Assembly (NCBI RefSeq): GCF_001194135.2 | Contig: NC_068982.1 | Span: 12,418,948 to 12,466,093, forward strand | Source: Octopus bimaculoides | Taxonomy: Eukaryota | Reading direction: 5' to 3' | DNA length: 47,146 bases | Part shown: positions 9,386 through 21,560 of the stretch, one piece after another | How positions within the stretch are numbered: the first letter of the stretch is position 1 | Layout: each line of letters opens with the position of its first letter | Position numbers and translations under genes: made by a program | The notes under the pieces: generated by a model | Databases searched by the model: none | What the model was told of the DNA's origin: nothing | What the model saw: only the letters and a program-made list of their open reading frames with translations

Positions 9386-11096
9386 TTAAACTGAAGACGC
9401 TAACCTGGACCAAATGTTGTTGACAACAATAGTAAGTTCAGTAGAAATGAGAAGTAAATATTAAGGTACTGATAAGTAAACGAGAGAAAAAGGGAAAGAT
9501 AAAAAAAAAAAGCATTGCTTCTATATTTTGTTTGACTAGAACGGCTTGTATTACCAACTGCAAGATGGTAATTTTAGCTCTTAATAATGTCTTCATTGGT
9601 TGTGATGTAGTTTTTAATCCACTTTCTAAGCAACCCAGCAGCTTTTCATGTCACTTTTACGACATTTTGTAAGCAACTAAGAGTTTTTCATGTCATAATT
9701 AGCTGTGCCTAAATAATCAACAACAACAACAAAAATCAATAATTGTGCATATGAATTAATTTAAAAACACAAAAGCTAATTATGTGTGGCAGATTATGCT
9801 GTGTAACACAATTAAGCAGTAAGTATAGGTATATTGTGATATGAAGAGGGAAAAAGAAGAACAATATGTGTGAACACAGCTCTTTTACATAGTATAGTAG
9901 AAATCATACATACCAACCACCACAAGATGGCTTTAATTGAAATTTTCCTCTGTTACTGTAAAGTAATCAATAATTTGCTGTTAGGAACTGTCCAAATTAT
10001 TCACTCATTGTGCCTAAAGAGACAACAGAATTTTGAAAGGTAACCACAAAAGCTCACAGAAGTTAATGATAAAGTATGCATAACAAAATATACATTTGTA
10101 CTAATGTACATGCATACATACATACATATATAGATACATACATATTAATGTGGATTTGTGCTATAATTATGGAGAAAATTAAAAGGTATTCTGCCTATTG
10201 GATGGTATGTATAAGAGATTGTGATTTAAAAAATAATTTAATAATAAATTGAATTCACTCCAAGTGAGTGAATGATATAATTAATTATGATAATATAATT
10301 AATTACACAGTATAGAAATTTAAATATTTTAGACCTTTATAAATATTGTCTTTATAAAAAACAGCCATTGAATAATTTAATATATTTTGCAAGTAAGATT
10401 TTTCTTGCCATTCTGAATGTGTGTTCTAACATGTATAACTAAATATATTTAAACTGTTTTCTACTCTGGCAATGAAGTTTAGCTGCTGTGTGCTGCTTGT
10501 AAATTTCACTGTAATCCATTTTTAGTTCGATATATTTGTCATCAATATTCCAATGTGTCAAGTAATCATATTTGTAAATAGATATTACAGATAGTTTCAG
10601 GTCCCTAATGTAGGTTGTAGAAATACTCTTGTTAATAAAGAATGGTACTAACCAATCCATTGAGAAAATACAAGACAACCACAAACTTAGCTGTATTCAA
10701 AACATTATTCTATCTACACCTTTCATTGATGGTTTTTCTTCACAATAACCAAATCAAAATAAACTGTGCATCTTCAAAATGATATTGGAATTTTTGAAGA
10801 AGCTATCAAAATGTGTAGACATCTTGTTTCAGTGCTGAGCAATAAAAGTTTGGCACTTCATATCTAAAATTGAAACAGTTTTGGAATAGGAACAGCTTAT
10901 GATTCTGAAGTTTGGTGTTATACTTTGTATTAATAATCCAGATAGGACTAGCAATGCATTCAATACAAGTCATGCTAGTGATAGGGAATCTGAAGGCCAT
11001 ACAATCTGATTGCCAAATGTAAAATATCCATTTGTGACACCTCATAACTGCAGTGGAATTTATAAACTGACAAGCTAGAAACAGCAGCTAAATATT

Positions 11097-11535
11097 TTTT
11101 CTATTCTAGGCACGAGGCCCGAAATTTGGGGGGAGGGGGCCCAGTTGATTAGATCGGCCCCAATATGCAACGGGTACTTAATTTATCGCCCCTGAAAGGA
11201 TGAAAGGCAAAGTTGATTTTGGCGGAATTTAAACTCAGGATGTAAAGACAGACAAAATACTGCTAAGCATTTCGCCCAGCATGTTAACATTTCTGCTAGC
11301 TCGCTGCCTTACTATATTCTTTTCTATTCTAGGCACAAGGCCCGAAATTTGGGGGAGGGGACCAGTCAATTAGATCGATCCCAATACGTAACTGGTACTT
11401 AATTTATCGATCCTGAAAGGATGAAAGGCAAAGTCGACCTCATCGGAATTTGAAATCAGGACATAAAGACATGAAATAACGCTAAGCATTTTGCCTGGTG
11501 TGCTAATGTTTCTGCCAGCTCACCGCCTTACACAA
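11097..11535 (-). mobile_element. Head-to-tail dimer of SINE A2
   Basis: Two full copies (11097-11310, 11318-11530) flanked by direct repeat cagctaaatatt at 11085-11096 and 11536-11547. Confidence 0.9.
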
Positions 11536-12105
11536 CAGCTAAATATTACTCAAACCATGCTCTGCTGTCTTATAAAATGAAAACACATTGGCTAATATAG
11601 TTCAAGACATATTGCTGCCAGAAAAAATATCGATGGTCACAACTAGAATTCTTTTGATCATGATTCTGTTCTCTCAGAGCTAATGTAGTTCTTTAACAAC
11701 AACTCTAAATAATATCATATGTTATTTTACCATTCCCATTGTCTGTTTGCATTTTCACCATTTAAATCCTAAGGAAAGGAATCTTTAACAGTATCACTAC
11801 GACATCGTTCTTGATGGAACACCAAAGATTTGGAGATATAGGCTATTTGTAACTTTAAGCGTTGCAATATATTTTTTTCATTTTGTCTCCTTGTTTCTTA
11901 CATGCAGAAACTGTAACATGCTTGTCTAAACCTCACTTGTTGGCCGTCTTTACAAGAAAGCTTTGCAAGTGATGAATGCAATCTACTAAAGTTACTAAAT
12001 GGGAAGCAGTGATCAATAAAGTAAATATCAGTCAAGAATTGGAGTCAGTTTAATCAACTGTTCCCTCTCCCAACTAAAGAGTTTGATCTTGTTCCTATGT
12101 TAGGA

Positions 12106-12445
12106 GTCATCATCATCATCATTGTCGTCGTCATCATTTAATATCTGTTTTTTATTCAGGCATAGGTCAGAAGGTCTGACAGGAACTGGCAAGGCCAGGA
12201 GCTGGCTAAGCCAGGAGCTGGCTAAGCCAGGAGCTGGCTAGGCTAGGAACTGGGAAGGCCAGGAGCCGGCAATGTCAGGGGCTGGCAAGGCCAGAAGCTA
12301 CACCCAACTCTATTATCTGTTTTGGCATGGTTTCTTCAGCTAGATGCCCTTTAAAATGCCAACCACTTTACAGAGAGTAGTGGATGCTTTTCACATGAAA
12401 CCAGCATCAGTGTTTTTTATGTGGCTCCAGCACCAACAAAGTCAC
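12106..12445 (-). mobile_element. Family D element ((GAT)n-tailed) with internal 16-bp tandem repeat
   Basis: (CAT)n end, ggatgcc..aaatgccaaccac core, gccaggagctggctaa x3. Confidence 0.7.
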
Positions 12446-12589
12446 TGAGTAACTTGCAAAACAAAACCCCTCTCAGTTTGGAGGAAGGAGTCGCAGTGGA
12501 GTGGGACAGTGGCTCTGTGGCAGTTGAAGAGAGGGCAGGGAAGTTGAGGGACAGGGGTGAGTGTCCTGCTGTAGAGTAAATACATAAAC

Positions 12590-12750
12590 ACTTGTTTCAG
12601 TCACTTGACTGCAGCCATGCTGGATCACTGCCTTTAGTCAAACAAATCAATCCCAGGACTTATTCTTTGTATGCCTAGTACTTATTCTATGGGTCTCTTA
12701 TGCCAAACTGCTAAGTTACAGGGACATAAACACACCAGCATCATACCTGA

Positions 12751-12804
<54 letters not shown>

Positions 12805-13003
12805 TATACATATATATATATATATATCTATATATATGTGTGACAGGCTTCTTTCAGTTTCTATCTACCAAATCCACTCACGAAGCCTTGGTCGGCCTGG
12901 GGTTATAGTAGAAGACACTTGCCCAAGATGCCATGTAGTGGGACTGAACCTGGAACCATGTGGTTGGTAAGCAAGCTTCTTACCACGCAGCCACTCCTGC
13001 ACC
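12590..13003 (-). mobile_element. tRNA-derived SINE family B with internal (TA)n
   Basis: Reverse complement of the aggcgcaggagtggctg...ccttgggcaagtgtcttctac...gactgaaacaagt consensus. Confidence 0.92.
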
Positions 13004-13354
13004 TGACACACAACAAATCCTGTGCCTACACAGCCACGAAATATAAAATGAAAGTTTGAAGAAAACATTTATCCTTATCTTATTTTGTGAACGACATCCA
13101 GGGAAACAGCTGATGATCAGAAACGAGCAATTCTGATTATTAGAAATTGGAGTCTTTCAGTTATAATGTGCATGTGTATAATATTTTTCTCCTCTTCTAA
13201 ACAAAGTAAAAAACATCTGATTCATATAAATGAACAAGGAAACATTCTGTTTTTACCATTTTGTTTTTGTCTTGATGAGTTCAATAAATGAACAAAAGGA
13301 CTAATAAAGAATTATCCAAAATTCTGGCTGCCTCCTTTTTCTCAATATACAATA

Positions 13355-13508
13355 TCTGTCATTCTGAGTTCAAATTCTGCCGAGCTCGACTTTGCCTTCC
13401 ATCCTTTCAGGGTCGATAAATTAAGTACCAGTTGCATACTGGGGTCAATCTAATTGACTGCCCTCCCTCACCAAAAATTTCAAGCCTTATGCCTAGAGTA
13501 GAAAAGAA
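13355..13508 (+). mobile_element. SINE A2, 5'-truncated
   Basis: B-box region through A2 tail. Confidence 0.85.
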
Positions 13509-14039
13509 TATACAATATCTGTACACCACTTTAAACACTACACACACACACATACACACACACGAGACTGACTTCCACATAGATCCTACTTACATATTTC
13601 ATTCACAACACATTGCTTATCCCAAGGCCTCAATAGAAAACATTTGTTCAAGGTACCACATGGTGAGACTGAACCTAAAACCTCAAGGTTTGGCATTATG
13701 TATTTCTTCATCTATTGAGCATGATGTTTCAAATGGTTTGACTGTTTTTCTACCTACAAACTAATTGGAGTCTGGTGTAGTTCTTTGTGAGATTTGTATT
13801 ATTCAGCTTTGATTCAGCCAGCCGATCATCATAGGCATTCCATCTATGACCATTCTATGTTTCTTTAATTTTTCGTATGTATGTACAGATTTGTACTGTC
13901 TTATGTTTCTTTTCTTGTGTTACTAAAGTAGGCTGTGATTCAAGAAGAATTTTTGCAGTGTGGACAACAGCCAAGAATCACTCCAAATTTGTTTATGCAT
14001 TGCTTGTAATCTAAATTTTGTGTATTCAAAGGATCAGAA

Positions 14040-14275
14040 GTCCTTCGTAAACCACATGCAGATTCTGCGGTGTATATACATTCCCTGGCCCCCACTACCT
14101 GGACAAGATGCCAGTCTCTCACAGGATTACACATTTTTGCCAGCTGAGTGGACTGGAGTAATGTGAAATGAAGTGACTTGCTCAAGAACACAACACACCA
14201 CCTGGTCTAGGTATGGAAACCATAGCTTGACAATCATGGGTGAAATACCCTAACCTCTGAGCCATGTACCTCTAC
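14040..14275 (-). mobile_element. tRNA-derived SINE family J (CORE/V-like central domain)
   Basis: Minus strand: ggctcagaggttaggg head, tcttgagcaagtcacttcatttcac, ctccagtccactcagctg. Confidence 0.75.
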
Positions 14276-14299
14276 AATACTAGTCAATTGGTTCCTATA

Positions 14300-14740
14300 T
14301 TTTGGATAAAGCTTATAGCAGTGATTCTTATTTTCCCCTGATTTTTATAGTCTCTATATTTTTAAGAGGTGGTAATTGAAGAGTTGTAATTAATGCCTGA
14401 AAGCTGGACCTTTTCTATGCATGGACTCTGGTTTCGTTGCATGTAGAATGTAGTGTGGTACTTTCTCTAATGTTTTAGGAGTTAAAGGTGATGAGAGATG
14501 TTGTTTGATGTAACTGTTAATCTTCTTTTAATGAAACTAGTGTTCTAAATTGCAGGAGAAAATTTGGAGTTAATGTGAAAGAGTCGAAAGGAAATGTAAT
14601 TGGAATATTATTGGCATAGGAGGTTATGTGAATTGGGAGGATGGGTATGCTTGCTTGTTGGAGAGAATTGGTGACGGAAAAAAATATGGACCCTTTTTTG
14701 GAAGTCATGATTATCAGAGATTGTATATTTAAAATAGACT
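14300..14740 (-). pseudogene. Decayed non-LTR reverse transcriptase fragment
   Basis: KKGSIFF...PIHITSYANNIPI resembles PQGS...SYADDI; YANN at 14607-14618; clade not assignable by eye. Confidence 0.5.
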
Positions 14741-14756
14741 TGTTAAGTTTTTACCA

Positions 14757-15134
14757 CTTACTTGTTTCAGTCATTATACTGTGGTCATGCTGGTGCACCA
14801 CCTTGAAGAATTTTTTGTCGAATGAATTGAACCCAGTACTTTTTTTTCTTCAAAGCCTGGTTCTTATTCAATCGATCTCTTTTGCTAAACTACTATGTTA
14901 CAAGGATATAAACATACCAACACAGGTTTCCGAGCAGTGAAGGAGGACAAATACAGACAAATACACACACACATGATAGGCTTCTTTCAGTTTCCATCTA
15001 CCAAATCCAATCACAAAGCTTCGGTTAGCCTGAGGCTGTTGTATAAGACACTTACCCAAGGTGCCACACAGTAGAACTGAACCCAGAACCACATGGTTGG
15101 AAAGCAGACTACACACCACACAGCCATGCCTGTG
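14757..15134 (-). mobile_element. SINE family B, diverged
   Basis: Similarity to B consensus. Confidence 0.85.
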
Positions 15135-15729
15135 CCTGGTCATTTTTAAACATTAAAATGTACTTTAAAGTTAAAACGATGTTCATGACTTTTGTGCTTG
15201 CATTGTATTGATTTTGTATATTTTCAGTTTGAAATAAAGTCCAAAGATTCCATTCAGAATGGTTATGAAGACTGGTTTGTATAAAATGAAACAGAGAAGA
15301 AAGCTTCTAAGGTAGAATATATCAGGGTAGGTTTATATGGGTATAGATTGGTTTATTGTGAACAAAGAATATAGGGGCCCTGTTTGCAAGAACACTGGTT
15401 TAGATGTATGAGAACGTGAGGTTGGAAACTGTTGTATCACACGTTTGACGTACGATATAACGGAATAATAATAATAATAATGTCCTTGCAAATCATTCTA
15501 CTCAAGATACTGGTACTAACCCTCAACAATACGCAGCTCTTGGCTTTTCCACTGCACTGAAAGCTCTCTGTGTATGTACATATATATTGGGGCACAGTCC
15601 ATTAGGAGCCAACCAGTAGGAGTTTTCTACTTCCACACAACAGAAACTTAATCCATCACCCAGTTTTAACATGATCCCTGAGCTCTTGAATAGCTTGGGT
15701 TAACTTTTCTTTGTTTCAAGCATTTAGAC

Positions 15730-15845
15730 CAGGGGCTCTCAAACATTTTTTTGTCCATGGACCCCTTTGATTCCTGTTTTGTTCACTCAATATTTAAAAA
15801 ATCCTTTATATTTTTCTTGTTAAATATTATTATGAATTGTACAAA
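15730..15845 (+). mobile_element. hAT-like MITE end
   Basis: caggggctctcaaac...ggacccct start. Confidence 0.45.
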
Positions 15846-15860
15846 AAAAATTAAAAAAAC

Positions 15861-16023
15861 AGGCACAAGAGTGGCTAGGTGGTAAGTAGCTTGCTTCCCA
15901 ACCACATGGTTCTGGGTTCAGTCCCACTGTGTGACACCTTGGGTAAGTGTCTTCCATTATAGCCTCGGGCCAACCAAAGTCCTGCGAGTACATTTGGTTG
16001 ATGGAAACTGAAAGAAGCCCATC

Positions 16024-16067
<44 letters not shown>

Positions 16068-16147
16068 ATTTGGGGATGGTCATATTGCCATCCCCAAATA
16101 CAACTACATCTGTTTCAACACACGATTTCACATCAAAAATCTTGTAA

Positions 16148-16194
<47 letters not shown>

Positions 16195-16415
16195 TTATGT
16201 GTGTGTCTTTCTGTCTGTGTTTGTCCCCCCACCATCACTTGACAATCAATGTTGGTGTGTTTACGTCTCTGTCACTTAGCCTTTTGGTAAAAAGAGACTG
16301 ATAGGATAAGTACTAGGCTTACAAAGAATAAGTCCTGGGGTCGATTTGTTCAATCAAAGGCGGTGCTCCAGCATGGCTGCAGTCAAATGACTGAAACAAG
16401 TAAAAGAATAAAAGA
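15861..16415 (+). mobile_element. SINE family B with hairpin insert in its (TA)n
   Basis: Full head to tail; insert 16060-16153. Confidence 0.92.
16063..16104. repeat. Perfect 17-bp inverted repeat with 8-nt loop
   Basis: gttgtatttggggatgg-tcatattg-ccatccccaaatacaac. Confidence 0.95.
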
Positions 16416-16429
16416 ACATCTTGTGTAAC

Positions 16430-16572
16430 GTACTTTTTTTTCTTCAAAGCCTGGTTCTTATTCAATCGATCTCTTTTGCTAAACTACTATGTTACAAGGA
16501 TATAAACATACCAACACAGGTTTCCGAGCAGTGAAGGAGGACAAATACAGACAAATACACACACACATGATA
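16430..16572. repeat. 143-bp identical direct duplicate of 14836-14978
   Basis: Base-by-base identity of a diverged SINE B segment. Confidence 0.9.
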
Positions 16573-17731
16573 CTTAAAGTTTTACAACAAAATCTTGTCT
16601 GAACCTTGAAGGGTCAAAAGGACCCTAATTGAGAATTACTGATTTAGACCAGAACCCTGATCTGAGTATGGCTCAATATTAAGATCTGCTGCTCTTTATT
16701 GTAGTAGTATCCAAGAGTATCACTCAGTTTCAGAGTCTGAGTAAAAGTCATAGCCTGTTGACCTCTCACCTCTAATCTAGTCATTGCAAAAATGGAAAGA
16801 AAAAAATATTTAGAAAAAAAAAAAAAAAAGAAAGAAAGAAAGAAAAAAAAGAAGAGAGTTTTAGGAAATTTTAATCAGCTGCCAGAATGTAGAATATCAG
16901 TTTTGAAGAACGGAAAAAAAAAAAAAAAAAAAAAAAAAATGGAGCTAGCTGGCAGTGTGCTGATGTAAAAAATACTTTGTGCATGCTAGATGAGGGTGTT
17001 ACATGTGTTTATTTTGCAGAAAAGATATCTTCCAGCAGTGACACTGAAATGATTTCCTCCAGGTGTTGGAGGCAGTGTTTTTCTTTTTTTTATAATTTCT
17101 TTATGGCAACTGTATAAGTTTTCCTTCCTCTCCAATTAGTTTTTGCTAAGCAAATCACTACACTTTTTGAGAAGCCATTCTTCATGCAAGATTCACTTAC
17201 ATACATGCATGCACACACACATACACACACATGTACATACAGAAGGCAAGAGATAGAAAGAGAGAGAAAGACAGAGTGAGAAAGAGAGCCTCTCAAACAT
17301 GAACCAGCATGGAAGCTGATATATGGTCATTTAGTCTGCTAGAAATAATAATCAAGTGTCCCTCAAATGACACTCTACCATCTTAGGAAAGAAGGGATGA
17401 TTAAATAAAGTGATCTTGGCACTATGGTTTCCAAGAAAAGATGGGATGGTCACAGATGAAATGTCTATGACATAATGTCTGTTTAGGTAGGGCAAATTTA
17501 GGGCAAAACAACAAAATCTTTCAGACACTGTACCCTTCTGATAAATTTCACCCAAATTTCATCCTGGCGAACTCAGCCCTAATTAAGTTCAAATAAAGTG
17601 TCTGGGGCTATAATGGTTAACAACATGGAATATCTTGGATAAATATGGATATTAACGTTTGCATATAAAGATAAGAAAACAAAATTAGATTTCTTGGAAA
17701 TTATTGTTTTTATATTCTAGTGGTTGGCAAT

Positions 17732-18028
17732 ATGGAGCTATGGCAAAGAACGAATCAAGTTTCGATTAGGGAGCAAATATTTAAGAAAAAGTGGAAGTAG
17801 ATTGGTAGCACAATTAGAAAGGACACACCAAATGCAGTGAAAAGTGCTTTACAGTGGAATCCGGATGAATATAGAAAGAGGGGTAGGCCAAAGAACTCGT
17901 GGCGTAGATCAACACAAAAGGAACTAGAGAAAGGGGGACATTCATGGCAGAGTATAAGTACAGAAGAGAAAAATTATATGACATGGAATTGAATTATAAG
18001 TGGCCTATATTCCGCATTGGAGGGTTAA
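17732..18028 (+). pseudogene. RTE-clade LINE ORF C-terminus, decayed
   Basis: ELWQRTNQVSIREQIFKKKWK*IGSTIRK...ALQWNPDEYRKRGRPKNSWRRS...W..*IISGLYS, typical RTE WxGH/RxRGRP C-terminus. Confidence 0.85.
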
Positions 18029-18048
18029 AGGCAAGAAAGAAAGAAGTA

Positions 18049-18210
18049 GTTGGCATTGGGAAGAGCATCCAGCTGTAGAAACTTTGCCAGATCAGATTGG
18101 AGCCTGGTGCAGCCTTCTGCCTTGCCAGCCCTCAGTCAAACCATCCAAGCCATGCCATCATGGAAAGCAGACATTAAACGACAACGACGACGATGATGAT
18201 GATGATGATG
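18049..18210 (+). mobile_element. Family D 3' end
   Basis: catccagctgtagaaactttgccagatcagattggagcc...ttaaacgac(gat)n. Confidence 0.88.
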
Positions 18211-18699
18211 AAACACCTTTTTCCATATCATTCCTACATTGATAGTATTTATGAATATTTCAAGGGATTTGGTGAATTTCTTGGCAAAGCTGAGTTTCGT
18301 GTAATTTCCTGAATTGGTATCAATTTTAGTTGTTTTTTGTTTCTGTAAAAAAGAATTCTTTTGCATTATCACTAAAATCAACATTTTTCTCATTTTTAAT
18401 AGAAATACTAAAAATATGCCAAAGAAATAACTGAAAGTTCACTTACATGATTGTGTTTCTTAAATAAAAATGTTAAATAACTGAAGCTTAAAAAATGAAA
18501 AAGAAAATATCACCCAACTCGTCTATAGTTACAAGTTTTATCAAATCTAAATTATCAGTTAAAGACATCTTGAAAGCTTCAACAGATGATGATATTTGCT
18601 GTAATAAGTTTTTTGAAACCAGCTTTGAAATAAACAGAAAGGGGAATTGTTGGCTGCAGAATTGTTTAGAAATAACAGTTATATTTATTTATATTAATT

Positions 18700-19025
18700 A
18701 TCATTTTTTATTTATGCGCCCTTCTGAAGCCTAGCCAGGCTCATGGGCCTGGTTTCCTGGTTTCTCGGTTTCTATGGCGTATGTGTTCCCCACCAGCTGG
18801 ATGGGACACTCGTCTATCGCAGCATTACTCAAGAAACAGGAGAAAAGAGTGAGAGAAAGTTGGGGTGAAAGAGTATAACAGGGGTTGCCACCACCCCCTG
18901 CCAGAGCCTCATGGATTTTAGGTGTTTTTGCTCAATAAACACTCACAACGCCCGGTCTGGCAATCGAAACCGCAATCCTCCGACCGCGAGTCCGCTGCCC
19001 TAACCACTGGGCTGTTGCGCCTCCA
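18700..19025 (-). mobile_element. SINE family C (tail type 2), CpG-rich young copy
   Basis: Minus head ggaggcgcaacagcccagtggttagggcagcggactcgcggtc (TCG anticodon-like, Arg). Confidence 0.9.
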
Positions 19026-19077
19026 CATTTATATTAATTAATCGAATTATATTTTTAAATGTTTTGCAGAATATTGA

Positions 19078-19330
19078 AAGCTTAAGTTCCATTGGGCTGA
19101 ATATGTCAAGAGGCTCACAGATGATAAATGGACTCATAAAATTGCTGAGTGGAATCCAAGAGATCAGAAAAGGCTGCTTGGAAGGCTTCAATGCTGATAG
19201 GAGGACGATCTGATGATCTGGTTAAGCCATTTTGGCCAAGAGGAAAAAAGAATGGTACAATCAAGACAGAATTGGAAGCATGTGGTGACTAGCAATGTAT
19301 AATAGTGTCTGATGGTCTGGCCAGTACTGT
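19078..19330 (+). pseudogene. Second RTE-clade LINE C-terminal fragment
   Basis: KLKFHWAEYVKRLTDDKWTHKIAEWNPRDQKRLLGRLQC**EDDL resembles KWxWAGHxxR..D.RW...W.PR..KR..GRP..RW.DD. Confidence 0.8.
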
Positions 19331-19700
19331 GATATTTTAAATGTATGACTTTAGATGTGACTATGGTTGTATCACTAAGGAGTTCATTTTGTAACCATGT
19401 AGCTTTAGATTCTGTGACACCCTAGACAAGTGTTTTCGAGTACAGCTTCATGCAGACCAATGTCGAAAGTGTGACTATATGTGTATGCATGTGTGTGTGT
19501 GTGTGTGTGTGTGTGTATCCTCATCATCATTGCTTTATGTCCACTTTCCTTGCTGGTATGGGTTGGTGAGTCAGCACACACTCAAAGGTGTTACTTACCT
19601 AGATTCATCAGACAACTCTATCTCACTTGTCAGTTTCATTTTTCACCATACCATAACTACACACAAACACACACATACACATGTTCACGCACCCATGTTC

Positions 19701-20377
19701 TTATTTCTTTACTGCCCACAAGGGGCTACACACAGAGGGGACAAACAAGGACAGACAAACGAATTAAGTCGATTACATCGACCCCAGTGCGTAACTAGTA
19801 CTTAATTTATCGACNNNNNNNNNNNNNNNNNNNNNNNNNNNNNNNNNNNNNNNNNNNNNNNNNNNNNNNNNNNNNNNNNNNNNNNNNNNNNNNNNNNNNN
19901 NNNNNNNNNNNNNNNNNNNNNNNNNNNNNNNNNNNNNNNNNNNNNNNNNNNNNNNNNNNNNNNNNNNNNNNNNNNNNNNNNNNNNNNNNNNNNNNNNNNN
20001 NNNNNNNNNNNNNNNNNNNNNNNNNNNNNNNNNNNNNNNNNNNNNNNNNNNNNNNNNNNNNNNNNNNNNNNNNNNNNNNNNNNNNNNNNNNNNNNNNNNN
20101 NNNNNNNNNNNNNNNNNNNNNNNNNNNNNNNNNNNNAGCGGCAGACGAAATACCTATTTCTTTATTGCCCACAAGGGGCTAAACATAGAGGCGACAAACA
20201 AGGACAGATAAAGGGATTAAGTCGATTACATCGACCCCAGTGCGTAACTAGTACTTAATTTATCGACTCCGAAAGGATGAAAGGCAAAGTCGACCTCGGC
20301 GGAATTTGAACTTAGAATGTAGCGGCAGACGAAATACCGCTAAGCATTTCACCCGGTGTGCTAACGTTTCTGCCAGC
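19701..20377 (-). mobile_element. Tandem SINE A1 copies spanning an assembly gap
   Basis: Full copy 20155-20377; second, head-truncated unit 19701-20154. Confidence 0.85.
19815..20136. other. Assembly gap (322 N); others at 25220-25259, 36057-36101, 38735-38936
   Basis: N runs. Confidence 1.
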
Positions 20378-20559
20378 ATTCAAATCCCACTTTACTTTTC
20401 ATTCTACTAGAGTTCAGAAAACAAAGCTACTAATCAAATAACGAGCTTTGCTTCACCACTGCTCTCAGATTTAACTGTGCTGTATTATGAGAGAACGAGG
20501 AGACTGTTCATAGTATCTCTTGCTTCTAAGACAACTACTTACATTCTATCACAGTAAAA

Positions 20560-21560
20560 GAATGTAGTTGCTGTGGCACATAAGGTACATAGAAAAAAGA
20601 TATTCATTCATTGTAGTTTCTTTCAATTATGGTATTTTGGAATGTGTTAAGGTATGCTAGCTGTGGTGTATAGCCTGGTGAACTGACTGCTGTTTCTTTA
20701 GCGCTAATTCTGCTTTGATTGAACAGATGTTCTTTTTTCTATCCCCACGTAAATGTGGATGTTCTGTTAGAACAAGCCATACTGTATTAGCTACTATGAT
20801 ACCTCCTGGGATTAATACTACCTCTATCGCTAATAAATACTTGTTCTTTTTGTCTAGGCAGAGTGTACCATGTGTTACATATTTTTAAATAGTAGGGTAT
20901 CATTCGAAGAAGCTTTAGCTGCTATCCTGGCAGTGTGAGCAACAAGTTGGAGGTAGTGTCATGCATATGTTTATTAACAGCAATGTATTTTGTATTGTTG
21001 GTTTTTATTCTGAATGCTTGCATTTCTAGTGTATTGTTGTTTGTGGTATCTAGGTACTGGATGCATAAGTATATGCTATGAGGCTTCCATCATAATTTGG
21101 CAAATTCTGCATTATCAGAATTTTATTTTTGGATTTGTGATGTTCTATGTTGGGGTTGAAACGTAATTTCCTGCATTATTGTAGTATGAATGTGGTGTGT
21201 GATAATAAATTTTTTTTTAGTTCTATAAAGGTGTTTTTTAATACGTTAGTGTTATATTACAGAATGTTAACATTTTTTCTGAATTATGTTTAGATGATTA
21301 ACATTTGTATGAGAAGTGCTGGAATTTTTTAGTATTGTTTGTATTCTGTGTTGATGTAGCTTTGAGGAGAAAGATAATGGTAGAATTCCCACTCTTTTTC
21401 TTTTATATTGATATTGTAATGTTTCTCAATTTACAGTTTCTTTATGTGAGGATTTGGTAAATGGTGCTGTCTGTTTCTATGTGTATAAAAATTTTACTGA
21501 AAATAACCTATTATTTTAAAGATTTCTTCAGTGTAGAATTGTCATTTTCAGATTCTTTTT
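20560..21560 (-). pseudogene. Probable heavily decayed Penelope-like element (RT thumb to GIY-YIG region)
   Basis: Strong A/C skew on minus; fragments CRICQ...QQYTRN...KIH and TLCLDKKNKYL loosely recall the PLE C-terminal CxxC/YIG/LCLxEK pattern. Confidence 0.35.

Noticed and set aside
13110-13124. CTGATGA...GAAA hammerhead-like string
   Set aside because: Only 3 nt between core halves; no stem II or usable stems I/III
15228-15310. Plus-strand exon-like segment (ttttcAG...AAG/GTAGAA)
   Set aside because: All three frames contain stops from the strong acceptor; could only be UTR
19807-20172. ORFs running through N gaps (also 35855-36296, 38662-39011)
   Set aside because: Open only because N codons are not stops
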